Source: Verrucomicrobiota bacterium
GTDB taxonomy: Bacteria > Verrucomicrobiota > Verrucomicrobiia > Limisphaerales > AAA164-E04
Direction: 5' to 3'
Assembly: GCA_047947115.1 (NCBI GenBank)
Contig: CP170459.1
Coordinates: forward strand, 2,240,001 to 2,304,000
Length of the DNA stretch: 64,000 bases
Both the position numbers and the translations under genes were made by a program. Shown in pieces: positions 38,288-47,165 of the stretch (position 1 is its first letter; every line of letters starts with the position of its first letter). The notes beneath the pieces were generated by a model, which had not been told where the DNA came from, searched no databases, and saw only the letters and a list, made by a program, of their open reading frames with translations.

Positions 38288-40762
38288 TCATTCACGTGTG
38301 ACGGTTTCATCGAGATTGAGGATGATGCTGGCGGCGATGGTGTGTGCTGCCCAATCGGCCGGATCATGTTCCGTATTTGAATTCACTTCGACCGATTCAC
38401 CTATGCTCAGGAGGGCGTTGGCTTGATCAGGAGCGTTCGTAAACTCGTTGTGCGATCTTTCAACAGCTTTCGTCAAATAGGTCAATTCTTCGGTGCTTGG
38501 GGGGCGTGCCAATACCAGGCGGAAACCGTGCGCCAAACGTGCATCCAATGTTGGAACGGATGCCTCCAGCATTCGGCTCGCCAGGTGGCGGGCTGCTTCG
38601 ATATAGGTGGTGTCGTTCATCAAATTCAACGCTTGCATGGGAGTGTTGGTGCGGCTTCGGCGCACAGCGCAGGATTCGCGAAAGGGAACATCAAACGTCA
38701 ACATGGCCGGGTGCGGCACCGAGCGTTTCCAGTAGGTGTACATCGTGCGTCGGAACAAGTCCTCGCCTTTGTCCTGAACATAGGTGTTTGCGCTGCTACC
38801 CGCGACAACTTGTTCGTAAAGTCCGGGGGGATGATAGGGTTTGACGGATGGTCCGCCTATTCTCAAAGAAAGCAATCCGCCTGCAGCCAGGGCTTGGTCT
38901 CTGAGAAATTCCGCCTGGAGTCTGTGACGAGAACTGCGTGCCAGAAGCCGGTTTTCCGGATCATGTTCGAGTAGCTCTTGCGTGGTATGCGAACTTTGTC
39001 GATAGGTGGCGCTGGTTGTCAGGAGCCGCATCATGGCTTTGATGTTCCAACCGGATTCGACCAATTCCACCGCCAACCAATCCAAAAGGGCTGGATGACT
39101 CGGTCGTTCTCCACGTGTTCCAAAGTCTTCCGGAGTGGGGACAATAACGGTGCCAAACACGGATTGCCAAAGGCGGTTGACTGTGACGCGTGCGGTCAAC
39201 GGATTCTCGTGATCCACTAACCATCGCGCCAACCCCAATCGGTTCCGGGGAAGATCTTTGTCCATGGGGGGCAAGAAAGTCGGCGTGTCAGGATACACCT
39301 GTGGACCTGGGCGATCATAGGAACCACGGACGAGGATGTAAGTCGGTCTGGGCTCGGGAAGTTCATCCATCACCAAAGCTGTCGGTATTGCCAGGTCTGC
39401 CAGATCCGCTTTCTTTTTCAAATCCTCCACTCTTTTTTTCATCGTCTCGCGTTGATCTGAATCCTCGGGAGTATTGGCCAACAGTTGCTCGGCTTTTCCA
39501 AGTTCAGCTTGTGCGTGTGCACGGTCTGATTCCTGTTCTGGAGAGGGGAGCTGGATCATGGGGGGATTGTTTCGTTGAATCGGCGCTCCGTAATTTCCCC
39601 TTCCTTGTTCGCTGACATTGTGAAAAAACGCGTAGATCGAATAATAATCGCGTTGAGTAAACGGATCGTACTTGTGATCGTGACATCGGGCGCAGATAAA
39701 CGTTTGCCCCAGCCAAATGGTCATGGTGGTCTCCACCCGATCCGAGCAATACTCCGCCAGAAACTCCTCAGGTATGATGCCGCCTTCCTCGTTCATCATG
39801 TGGTTTCGGTTGAATCCGGTGGCGATGCGTTGCTGAAGGGTTGGATTTGGAAGTAGATCACCGGCCAGTTGCTCCACCGTAAACGCGTCGTAGGGCATGT
39901 TGCGATTGAACGCATCAATCACCCAATCTCTCCATGCAGACATTTCCCGATCCCTGTCAACCTGGTATCCATTGGTGTCGGCATACCGGGCTGCATCCAA
40001 CCAATCCACCGCCATGCGTTCACCGTAATGGGGCGAATCCAACAATCGGTCGACAACTTTTTCAAAAGCGTGAGGAGAATCATCGGCCAGGAACGCATCG
40101 ACCTCCGCCAGGGTAGGGGGGAGTCCCGTTAAATCCAAAGTCACCCGGCGAATCAAAGTGGTTCGATCGGCTTCCGGAGATGGTGTGAGGTTTTCATCCA
40201 CTATGCGTTGCAACACCAAATGATCCACTTCATTGCGTGGCCAGTCAGAGTGTTGAGTCGGTCGGGGCAACGCTTCTCGCTGGGGCGGCCTCCAGGCCCA
40301 GTGACCCTCGTATTCGGCTCCGGCATCCACCCATTGTTGCAGCAGATTTTTTTGGGTTTCGGTCAAAACCTTGTTGGCTTCCGGTGGTGGCATTTGCTCT
40401 TCCGGATCCTGAGATTGGATTCGACTGATCAACACGCTGCAATCCGAACACCCAGGTTCAATCGCAGCGTAACCTCCCAAATCCATCCTCGATCCTGATT
40501 CTGTATCCAAACGCAGACCTGATTTGCGATGGCTTTCATCCGGACCATGACATTGAAAACAATGGTCCGAAAGGATGGGAAGGATGTCTCGCGTGAAATC
40601 AATGTTGGATGCCGCCCTTGATTCACCGGCGATGATGAAGGTCCAGACTCCCAATAAGCAACATTTCACAAATCCTCCAATGTAGGTTTTGACACAGAAA
40701 TTTAGATCGCTTCCCGGGAAAGATGAATGGCGAGCTTTTGAAATGGATTGAATGCTGCTCAT
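38288..40762 (-). CDS. Planctomycete cytochrome c / DUF1549 / DUF1553 protein
   Basis: CFQCHGPD, RRVTLDLTGLPP, CARCHDHKYDP and TPMQALNLMN motifs. Confidence 0.93.
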   Translation of the reverse strand: MSSIQSISKARHSSFPGSDLNFCVKTYIGGFVKCCLLGVWTFIIAGESRAASNIDFTRDILPILSDHCFQCHGPDESHRKSGLRLDTESGSRMDLGGYAAIEPGCSDCSVLISRIQSQDPEEQMPPPEANKVLTETQKNLLQQWVDAGAEYEGHWAWRPPQREALPRPTQHSDWPRNEVDHLVLQRIVDENLTPSPEADRTTLIRRVTLDLTGLPPTLAEVDAFLADDSPHAFEKVVDRLLDSPHYGERMAVDWLDAARYADTNGYQVDRDREMSAWRDWVIDAFNRNMPYDAFTVEQLAGDLLPNPTLQQRIATGFNRNHMMNEEGGIIPEEFLAEYCSDRVETTMTIWLGQTFICARCHDHKYDPFTQRDYYSIYAFFHNVSEQGRGNYGAPIQRNNPPMIQLPSPEQESDRAHAQAELGKAEQLLANTPEDSDQRETMKKRVEDLKKKADLADLAIPTALVMDELPEPRPTYILVRGSYDRPGPQVYPDTPTFLPPMDKDLPRNRLGLARWLVDHENPLTARVTVNRLWQSVFGTVIVPTPEDFGTRGERPSHPALLDWLAVELVESGWNIKAMMRLLTTSATYRQSSHTTQELLEHDPENRLLARSSRHRLQAEFLRDQALAAGGLLSLRIGGPSVKPYHPPGLYEQVVAGSSANTYVQDKGEDLFRRTMYTYWKRSVPHPAMLTFDVPFRESCAVRRSRTNTPMQALNLMNDTTYIEAARHLASRMLEASVPTLDARLAHGFRLVLARPPSTEELTYLTKAVERSHNEFTNAPDQANALLSIGESVEVNSNTEHDPADWAAHTIAASIILNLDETVTRE

Positions 40763-40855
40763 TTAATACTGCTGATTCAAACAAAAGTGCTGAAAAATGT
40801 CGAAAAAAACAATAAGGAGAAAAAGTATCAATAGTTGGGGCTGACCCCCAAAGGG

Positions 40856-41284
40856 CTATTCGAGAGGAGAGCGCCATTTCAGGCCTGGAAAGCGCGCAAA
40901 ATCACGATCTGTTGTAATCCATTCACATCCGTTTTCGATGGCAAGGGCAGCATGATAAGCATCACTCACCAGGTTGCCACGAGCATCTCCTTCTCGGCAC
41001 AAACGAAGAAAGATCTCCCAATGTTTGCGCCCCGGTGAGACGATCAGCAAGTTGGGGTGGGTGTGAAGTTGTTGGATGAAATCCAGAGCATTGGGAAGCG
41101 GGGTGGGGGGATTGAAAATTTTTCGATGAGTAATGATTCTGAGGCATGCCGAAAGGACCAGTTCCGATACACCACAAGTTTCTTCTGCAGACAAAGCCTT
41201 TTCTAACCAGGTCTTGATTTCCGCATGGCGATCTGAGTCTTCGCGATGCGCGTAAATGAAGATATTGACATCCAATAATTTCAC
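40856..41284 (-). CDS. vapC: PIN-domain toxin (VapC family)
   Basis: LLDVNIFIYA...GNLVSDAYHAALAIE...TTDRDFARF; 4-nt overlap with the antitoxin. Confidence 0.92.
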   Translation of the reverse strand: MKLLDVNIFIYAHREDSDRHAEIKTWLEKALSAEETCGVSELVLSACLRIITHRKIFNPPTPLPNALDFIQQLHTHPNLLIVSPGRKHWEIFLRLCREGDARGNLVSDAYHAALAIENGCEWITTDRDFARFPGLKWRSPLE

Positions 41285-41520
41285 GCCCCCTCCATTGCAT
41301 CCAAGAGATCGGCTGTTGAATCAAGATTTACCCCTGGTAACACTCCTTTACCACCAAAGGTCGGAAATTGAACCGGTACTTCGGGTTCGAGTTGCTTTTG
41401 CTTTGCAAAGGACAACTGCAGAGCTTCTTCAATGACTTTCCCAAGAGTACAGTTTCTCTGGTGTGCCACGTTTTTTGCCTCCTCCAGCAGGTCGTCATGA
41501 ATCGTTATCGTCGTCCTCAT
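41281..41520 (-). CDS. vapB: VapB-family RHH antitoxin
   Basis: MRTTITIHDDLL...TLGKVIEEAL...GVLPGVNLD. Confidence 0.9.
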   Translation of the reverse strand: MRTTITIHDDLLEEAKNVAHQRNCTLGKVIEEALQLSFAKQKQLEPEVPVQFPTFGGKGVLPGVNLDSTADLLDAMEGA

Positions 41521-41556
41521 GCATCATTACATCAATTAAAAACATCATGATGTCAA
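41521..41556 (-). promoter_or_regulatory. Promoter/operator of the leftward vapBC
   Basis: TTGACA overlapping the perfect palindrome ACATCATGATGT (41542-41553), with repeated TGATG. The -10 is ambiguous. Confidence 0.55.
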
Positions 41557-41678
41557 TTTCTGAATGCCTTGTTTAACTGTTTTTTGCAACAAATCCTAAC
41601 CACATCTTTTCCAAAGCGTGAACCACACAGGTAACCGACAAAATTGTCAATATTTGGGACTAACCCCTAAAACCAAAA

Positions 41679-41713
41679 TTGACGACGGATTGCATCCGAT
41701 GTATGAATGATGT
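41679..41713 (+). promoter_or_regulatory. Promoter/operator of the rightward TA pair, probably leaderless
   Basis: TTGACG-N17-TATGAA-N6-ATG, with CGGAT-N3-ATCCG in the spacer. Confidence 0.6.
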
Positions 41714-41959
41714 ATGACTCGCACTCAGATTCAGTTTCCCGATCCACTGTTTCGACGCCTTAAAGAGGCGGCAAAGCGGATGGATTGGTCTTTGGCGGAA
41801 TTGTTACGGCGCTCTGCCGAGAGCTATTTGGCCACTCTTCCTGAAATTCAAGAAAAGGGTGAATGGGTCATGCCTATCCTCCGACCCAGTGGTGGTTATT
41901 TGAAAGATCCTGCGACCATAAAACCCGAAGCTGACGCAATTGAACATAAACGCACCTGA
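41714..41959 (+). CDS. CopG/RHH antitoxin
   Basis: MTRTQIQFP...LKEAAK..WSLAELLRR; TGATG coupling to the PIN gene. Confidence 0.87.
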   Translation: MTRTQIQFPDPLFRRLKEAAKRMDWSLAELLRRSAESYLATLPEIQEKGEWVMPILRPSGGYLKDPATIKPEADAIEHKRT

Positions 41960-42414
41960 TGCGCTCCGCTGATACCAATCTGCTCATTTATGCAGCCGAT
42001 CCTGATTCCCCTTATCATCAGCGGTCTCGCGATTTTTTCATGACAGTGCAGTCGGAGGACGCGAGGTTCGTGTTATGTGAACTGATCCTGGTGGAACTTT
42101 ATATGCAGCTTCGAAATCCAGCCGTATTTCGAATGCCTTATTCACCGAAAGAAGCGGCTGATTACTGTAACGGGCTGAAGGCTTGTCCTTATTGGCGGTG
42201 CGTGGATTATTCGATCGATGTTTCAAGACACCTTTGGAATTGGGCTGAACGGGATGATGGAGGTTTCCGACGGATCATCGATGCTCGAATTGCCCTGACA
42301 CTCCGTCATCATGGAGTCACGGAATTTGCCACCGCCAATGTAAAAGATTTCCAAAACATGGGTTTTGAAAAAGTATGGAACCCATTGCGAGCTACGGTAG
42401 ATTCGTTTTTTTGA
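41959..42414 (+). CDS. vapC: PIN-domain toxin (VapC family)
   Basis: DTNLLIYA...E...IIDARIA...ATANVKDF. Confidence 0.9.
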   Translation: MRSADTNLLIYAADPDSPYHQRSRDFFMTVQSEDARFVLCELILVELYMQLRNPAVFRMPYSPKEAADYCNGLKACPYWRCVDYSIDVSRHLWNWAERDDGGFRRIIDARIALTLRHHGVTEFATANVKDFQNMGFEKVWNPLRATVDSFF

Positions 42415-42442
42415 CAGGATACACAGTGTCATCGATCCCTGC

Positions 42443-42920
42443 TCAAGATAAGGCTTCCAGTTCAGGGCGATTGGATGGGCGCAGCTGATGAGTCTTTTCG
42501 ATGTAGCTTCCAATCCAGATCCATTGGATCACATCAAATGTAATCGAAAAAACAAAGGCAAAGTAATTCATGGATTCCTTGCCCGTAAAATCGTGGGCGA
42601 TGATTGCCATGACAATGGATACTGGCACTGCGATGCAGATAAGCTTTATGCTGACAATCCAGGCAAAAACAAAAAACTTGCATAGAAATTGGTTTCCAAA
42701 CCCTTCATTGATGCCCTTCAGATAAAGCATCCCCCATATTGTTATGGCAACGCTGATCACAGAAGCCATGACATCCAATGGCCTTGTTTCTCCATCGGGA
42801 AAGGCACTCGCAATCGCCATCATCAACACCACACCCAGGAAATAGGGGCCGGCTTCTGATTCTTTGAATGAATTTTCTTGGAACTTCTCAATAACTGGAT
42901 TTGGGTCCCACTATTTGCAT
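42443..42920 (-). pseudogene. Membrane protein with an apparent +1 frameshift after codon 3
   Basis: ATG CAA ATA [G] TGG GAC CCA...; removing one G near 42911 gives MQIWDPNPVIEKFQENSF..., continuous with the 42443-42832 ORF. Confidence 0.6.
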
Positions 42921-42971
42921 GAGTTTTATTATGAACGAGTTGCTGGTAGGTGTGAAGTGAAATTCCTTTGA

Positions 42972-45900
42972 TCATTCCCAGGTGGCAAGGAATTCCACCA
43001 GGTCCCGCAATTCGAACGGGGTGAGGATGCCGATCATGGGGGGCATGGTGGAGGCCTGTATGACGGTGCGTTGCTCGATGTCGGGTGTGGCCAGTTCCAG
43101 TTTTTCTCCGGCGACGTTGATGAATGTCAGCGTCTCGTCTTTTTCGGATGCGATGCGTCCGGAGTGTGTGGTGCCGTCTTTGAGTTGAATCATGGTGAGA
43201 GCATAGCCTTCCGCCAGTTTTGCTGAGGGATGGATGAGTGACTCAAGAAGGTATTCGCGCGTCTTGGTTTTACCAATGCCTTTGAGCACCGGCCCGACCT
43301 GGTTTTCGGGGCCTCCGGCATCGTGACAGCGAATGCATTGTGCAGCGATATGCCCTTCGAATACCTGCTTGCCCCGTTCGATGTCTCCACCTGCCAGAGC
43401 AGATTGGTGGTAGGTTAATCTCATAGGACTTCCCAAGTTTTGACGGTACTGGGTTGCTTTCTCTGCCAGATCCGAATCTTTGTGTGCCGACACCGCCTCA
43501 AGAACATCCAGGTGGAGTTTTGAATCGAGGTTTCCTTCTTTCAAACGATCGAAATATTCTTTCAGGATGAAACGACTGGTTTCGTTGTGTATGGTTCCTA
43601 TCTGCTTTAACCCCAGTTGCTGTTCCTTGAGGGTGAGTGAACGCCCTTTGTCTCTGAAATAATTGGTAAACTGTTCGGCATTCGTTTTCGCAAGTGAGTC
43701 AAGAGCCTGGTGTCGCAGGGGGGCTTGATCGGATTGAAGCGTCTGGTTGATGACGTCGGTTAGTCCGATGTAGGCGGATTCGGTCAGGGCCGAGAGGGAG
43801 CCGATGCGTGTGGTGAGGTCAAAGTCCGGTGAGAGGACCCACGCGGCCAGGGTGGCATCATTGACTTTGATTTGATAGGTGTCCACGAGGCGGATCAATT
43901 CCGAACGGAGTGTGGGAGTTGCTTCGTTGAGGACGGATTGGAATCCGGATTTCAATACATTGTCTGCAGCGTCAGGTTCGCGGTTTACCAGATGGCGCAC
44001 CCGTCCGGTGACGCGATCAAGGTAGGGATGGGCGTTCCAGGTCGCCAGAGATTCCAATGCCTCGATGCGCATGGTTTCCGGTGCGGTGTGGTCCCGGGCG
44101 TAGGCCAGGAGTCGGGCAGCGTTTTCCTGTCTGCCCAGACGCATGTTGGCGTTGATGGCACGTCTTAGGATAGCTTCATCACTGTGCATGGTCTCGGGCA
44201 AATTCATCAGCAACCAAGCGAGGTCGTGCAGGGCTCCTGGGATCGAGAAATCATCATGAATCGCACGGGCGGCTTCCTGAACGACATGGATATGATCGTC
44301 TTTTAGGAAGGCCTTCACTGCTTCGGATTGCAGACGACGCAATGCCACCACGGCTGCCACTCTCACGGGTAACGATGCGTCGGATGAGCAGGCTTCCAGG
44401 GAGGCGACGTCGTTCATGCCAACCCAAGCCATCACGCCGGCATGTCGAAGGTAAGGGTCTTCGCCATTGTTTTCTCTAAGCATTTGCCGGACCGCTTCGA
44501 ATCCGGAGCGGTCTCCTGTTTTCCCGAGCGCGATTCCCGCCATGAACCGGACGCGAGGGTGATCGTCCTTCAGAAGGCTGATGAGTCGGTTGGAAAGCGG
44601 TGTGGCTTTCAGGTCGCCTGCGATCTTGGCGCTTTGCGCCCGCACCTCAGGGGAGGGGGCCTCGAGCGGCAACTGTGATAAAACGGAGGCAGGCACCCGG
44701 TCTTCAAATTGTCCGATTCCCCAAAGCGCGTGGATTCTGGCGAGTAAGGGCGCTTCCGCGTTTCGAGCCATTGCAAGCAGTTCGTTTAATCGCTCGCGCC
44801 GTACGAGTTCAAATTGAGCTTTCAAGCGAATACGCTGATCCGCATGCCCCAGCCAGGTGAGTAAATCGGATATGGCTTGTGCTTTGAATGACATGCTGAT
44901 CAGACGCTTTACCTCCTGACGGATGAGTGAACTTGCGACATTCGGATCATCCACCTTGTAGATCGCACCCTTGTCGTTGGGCATCCACATGCCGTCCCAG
45001 TCTGCGATGTAGGTGCCGCCATCGGGACCGAAGTTAATGGCGCTGGCCATCAGGCCCTGATGAAAAATGTGCTCGTCCACCATTTCAAAGTAAGCCCCTT
45101 TTGGCTTTGCCCGAAACGCGGTGATCTTTTTCACCGGAAATTGAGCGAGGAAAAAGAATCCTTTATATCGGTCGTTGAGTGCGGTTCCCGGATTGTATTT
45201 GAACCCACCCGGACCAACAGAATAATTGGCGATGGGGGGAGTGATGTAGGCGGCTTGTCCCTCGTGATGGGGGATCCACATTTTTTCTTCGATCCAGGGA
45301 CTGTAGGTCGGCATGCCGGTGTAGGTGGCCCATCCCTTGGTTCGGAACTGCCAGTTCAGGCGCCATCCGGAATCCGATCCTTCGGTGATGTAAACAAAGC
45401 GTTCGCGTTCACCCCGAACGTCGCCGTCGTTGTCCACCGAGAACCAGTTGCCGAAATCATCGAACGCGATTTCTTGAACGTTGCGCAAACCGTAAGCAAA
45501 CAGCTCCAGGTCAGAACCATCCGGACGCATTCGGAGTACGCCGCCGGTGTTGGGATGATGAATCTTGTTGCCTTCTTTTGTTGTGACCGAAATACCGTTG
45601 TCTCCCACTGAAAAATAGATCCAGCCATCGGGTCCCACGGTAAGTCCATGGATGTCATGACCGTCCATGGCGGCATGTACCCCGAATCCGCGATGTAAGA
45701 TTTCACGGCTGTCGGCGATGCCGTCCTGATCCTTGTCGGTGAGTCGCCAGATGTCGGGATAGATGGTGTAATAAACATCGTTTCCATAAGGCAGGACACC
45801 TGCAGCGGCTCCGTTGTTGGGCTCATTGAAACCTTCCGCAAACACTTTGCTTGTGTCGGCCTTGCCGTCGCCGTCGGTGTCTTCGATCCGGTGGATGCGT

Positions 45901-46349
45901 TCCTTGACCATGGTCAGGTCACGCCAGTCGTGACTGCCATCGTTGTTCAGGTCGGGTAGCCATTGACGATTTTTCCCACTTTTTTCCGGTGCCATCCATG
46001 ATTTAAAAAGTTCGATTTGTTGCGGGATGGAGTCCGATCCCAGATCTTCCTTGATCCATTCCTTGTGAGCACGGATGTCGATGTCCACGCTGCCGCGTCG
46101 AGCTGTTTCGACGACAAACAAGCGGCCCTGATCATCGAAACTCAATGCGACCGGATTGATCAAAAGGGGCTCCCGCGCCCACAATTCCATTTCCAAACCG
46201 CGATCGACAAGGGGGACGTAATCGGTGGCGGCGGGATATTCCTGTTGAGCGGGCAGAGATTGGGTAAAGGAAAAGAGGATCGCGAGCGTCATGTTGCAAC
46301 ACATTCGCATGCTGCTTGTATCCGCAGATATAACCGATGGAAATCGCAT
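42972..46349 (-). CDS. PVC-type haem-binding dehydrogenase-like protein with HEAT repeats
   Basis: EPLLINPV, DTDGDGKAD, GLRN, HEAT-like repeats, CIRCH and STMP. Start uncertain. Confidence 0.9.
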   Translation of the reverse strand: MRFPSVISADTSSMRMCCNMTLAILFSFTQSLPAQQEYPAATDYVPLVDRGLEMELWAREPLLINPVALSFDDQGRLFVVETARRGSVDIDIRAHKEWIKEDLGSDSIPQQIELFKSWMAPEKSGKNRQWLPDLNNDGSHDWRDLTMVKERIHRIEDTDGDGKADTSKVFAEGFNEPNNGAAAGVLPYGNDVYYTIYPDIWRLTDKDQDGIADSREILHRGFGVHAAMDGHDIHGLTVGPDGWIYFSVGDNGISVTTKEGNKIHHPNTGGVLRMRPDGSDLELFAYGLRNVQEIAFDDFGNWFSVDNDGDVRGERERFVYITEGSDSGWRLNWQFRTKGWATYTGMPTYSPWIEEKMWIPHHEGQAAYITPPIANYSVGPGGFKYNPGTALNDRYKGFFFLAQFPVKKITAFRAKPKGAYFEMVDEHIFHQGLMASAINFGPDGGTYIADWDGMWMPNDKGAIYKVDDPNVASSLIRQEVKRLISMSFKAQAISDLLTWLGHADQRIRLKAQFELVRRERLNELLAMARNAEAPLLARIHALWGIGQFEDRVPASVLSQLPLEAPSPEVRAQSAKIAGDLKATPLSNRLISLLKDDHPRVRFMAGIALGKTGDRSGFEAVRQMLRENNGEDPYLRHAGVMAWVGMNDVASLEACSSDASLPVRVAAVVALRRLQSEAVKAFLKDDHIHVVQEAARAIHDDFSIPGALHDLAWLLMNLPETMHSDEAILRRAINANMRLGRQENAARLLAYARDHTAPETMRIEALESLATWNAHPYLDRVTGRVRHLVNREPDAADNVLKSGFQSVLNEATPTLRSELIRLVDTYQIKVNDATLAAWVLSPDFDLTTRIGSLSALTESAYIGLTDVINQTLQSDQAPLRHQALDSLAKTNAEQFTNYFRDKGRSLTLKEQQLGLKQIGTIHNETSRFILKEYFDRLKEGNLDSKLHLDVLEAVSAHKDSDLAEKATQYRQNLGSPMRLTYHQSALAGGDIERGKQVFEGHIAAQCIRCHDAGGPENQVGPVLKGIGKTKTREYLLESLIHPSAKLAEGYALTMIQLKDGTTHSGRIASEKDETLTFINVAGEKLELATPDIEQRTVIQASTMPPMIGILTPFELRDLVEFLATWE

Positions 46350-46465
46350 GGAGTGATCTTGCTCGAACAATGCATTTGAATCACGCAAAAACTACCCAAC
46401 GATGCATAAGATGCCAAAGGAATCAGATTTTTTTTCGATCTCAATGCTGAACTGGAATGGCTAAC

Positions 46466-46502
46466 TTGACTACGCTTAAAAAGCGTTCCATGATCATCTT
46501 AG
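46466..46502 (+). promoter_or_regulatory. Promoter/operator of the phd-vapC pair
   Basis: TTGACT-N17-CATGAT-N8-ATG; the palindrome ACGCTT-N3-AAGCGT fills the spacer. Confidence 0.65.
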
Positions 46503-46745
46503 ATGAAGACGATTACGACCCACGATGCGAAGACGCATTTGTCGCGTTATCTTGCAGAGGTGGAAGAAGGGGGCAGGATCACCATTGCACGCGGGAAAAA
46601 GCCGGTGGCGATGTTGGTTCCGATCACGTCCCTCAAGAAGCAAGTCCGCCCCAAAGTGGGAAGTATAAAAGGGCCACGGTATGAGTTCCCTGATATCGCT
46701 TTTAGGGCGTTGAATGAAGAGGAACTCAAGGAGTGGGGATTGTGA
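46503..46745 (+). CDS. Phd/YefM-family antitoxin
   Basis: ITTHDAKTHLSRYL..VEEG..ITIARGKKPVA. Confidence 0.92.
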   Translation: MKTITTHDAKTHLSRYLAEVEEGGRITIARGKKPVAMLVPITSLKKQVRPKVGSIKGPRYEFPDIAFRALNEEELKEWGL

Positions 46746-47128
46746 ACCTTTTGCTGGATACCTGCACGTTTCTTTGGTTGGCGCAGCAGCCGGCCATGAT
46801 CAGCGTAACAGCCTCCAAATTGATCGATAACACCGCCAATGAACTGTATTTGAGCCAGGCTAGTGTTTTGGAAATCGTGATGAAACACTCTACCGGCAAA
46901 CTGCCCTTACCGGATACTCCGAGTAAATGGGTTTCTTCCAAGTTAAGATATCATCAAGTTGTCGATTTTCCCTTAAAGCAAGAAGTTATGTTCCATAGCG
47001 GGGAATTGCCCCGGATTCATGCCGATCCATTCGATCGTTTACTGGCGGCTCACGCGATCATTGAAGGGTTTACCTTGCTGTCGCCAGACAAGCCCTTTTC
47101 AAACTTGGGAGCATCTCGAGTTTGGTGA
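46742..47128 (+). CDS. vapC: PIN-domain toxin (VapC family)
   Basis: LLLDTCTFLW...HADPFDRLLAAHA; GTGA overlap with the antitoxin. Confidence 0.92.
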   Translation: MNLLLDTCTFLWLAQQPAMISVTASKLIDNTANELYLSQASVLEIVMKHSTGKLPLPDTPSKWVSSKLRYHQVVDFPLKQEVMFHSGELPRIHADPFDRLLAAHAIIEGFTLLSPDKPFSNLGASRVW

Positions 47129-47165
47129 GTTGGAAGAGCATTTAATTTAAGGTGTCGAATCAATC

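Noticed and set aside
36000..47130. TA islets as integron cassettes
   Set aside because: Orientations are mixed, I found no attC-like sites or intI, and large core-type genes are interspersed.
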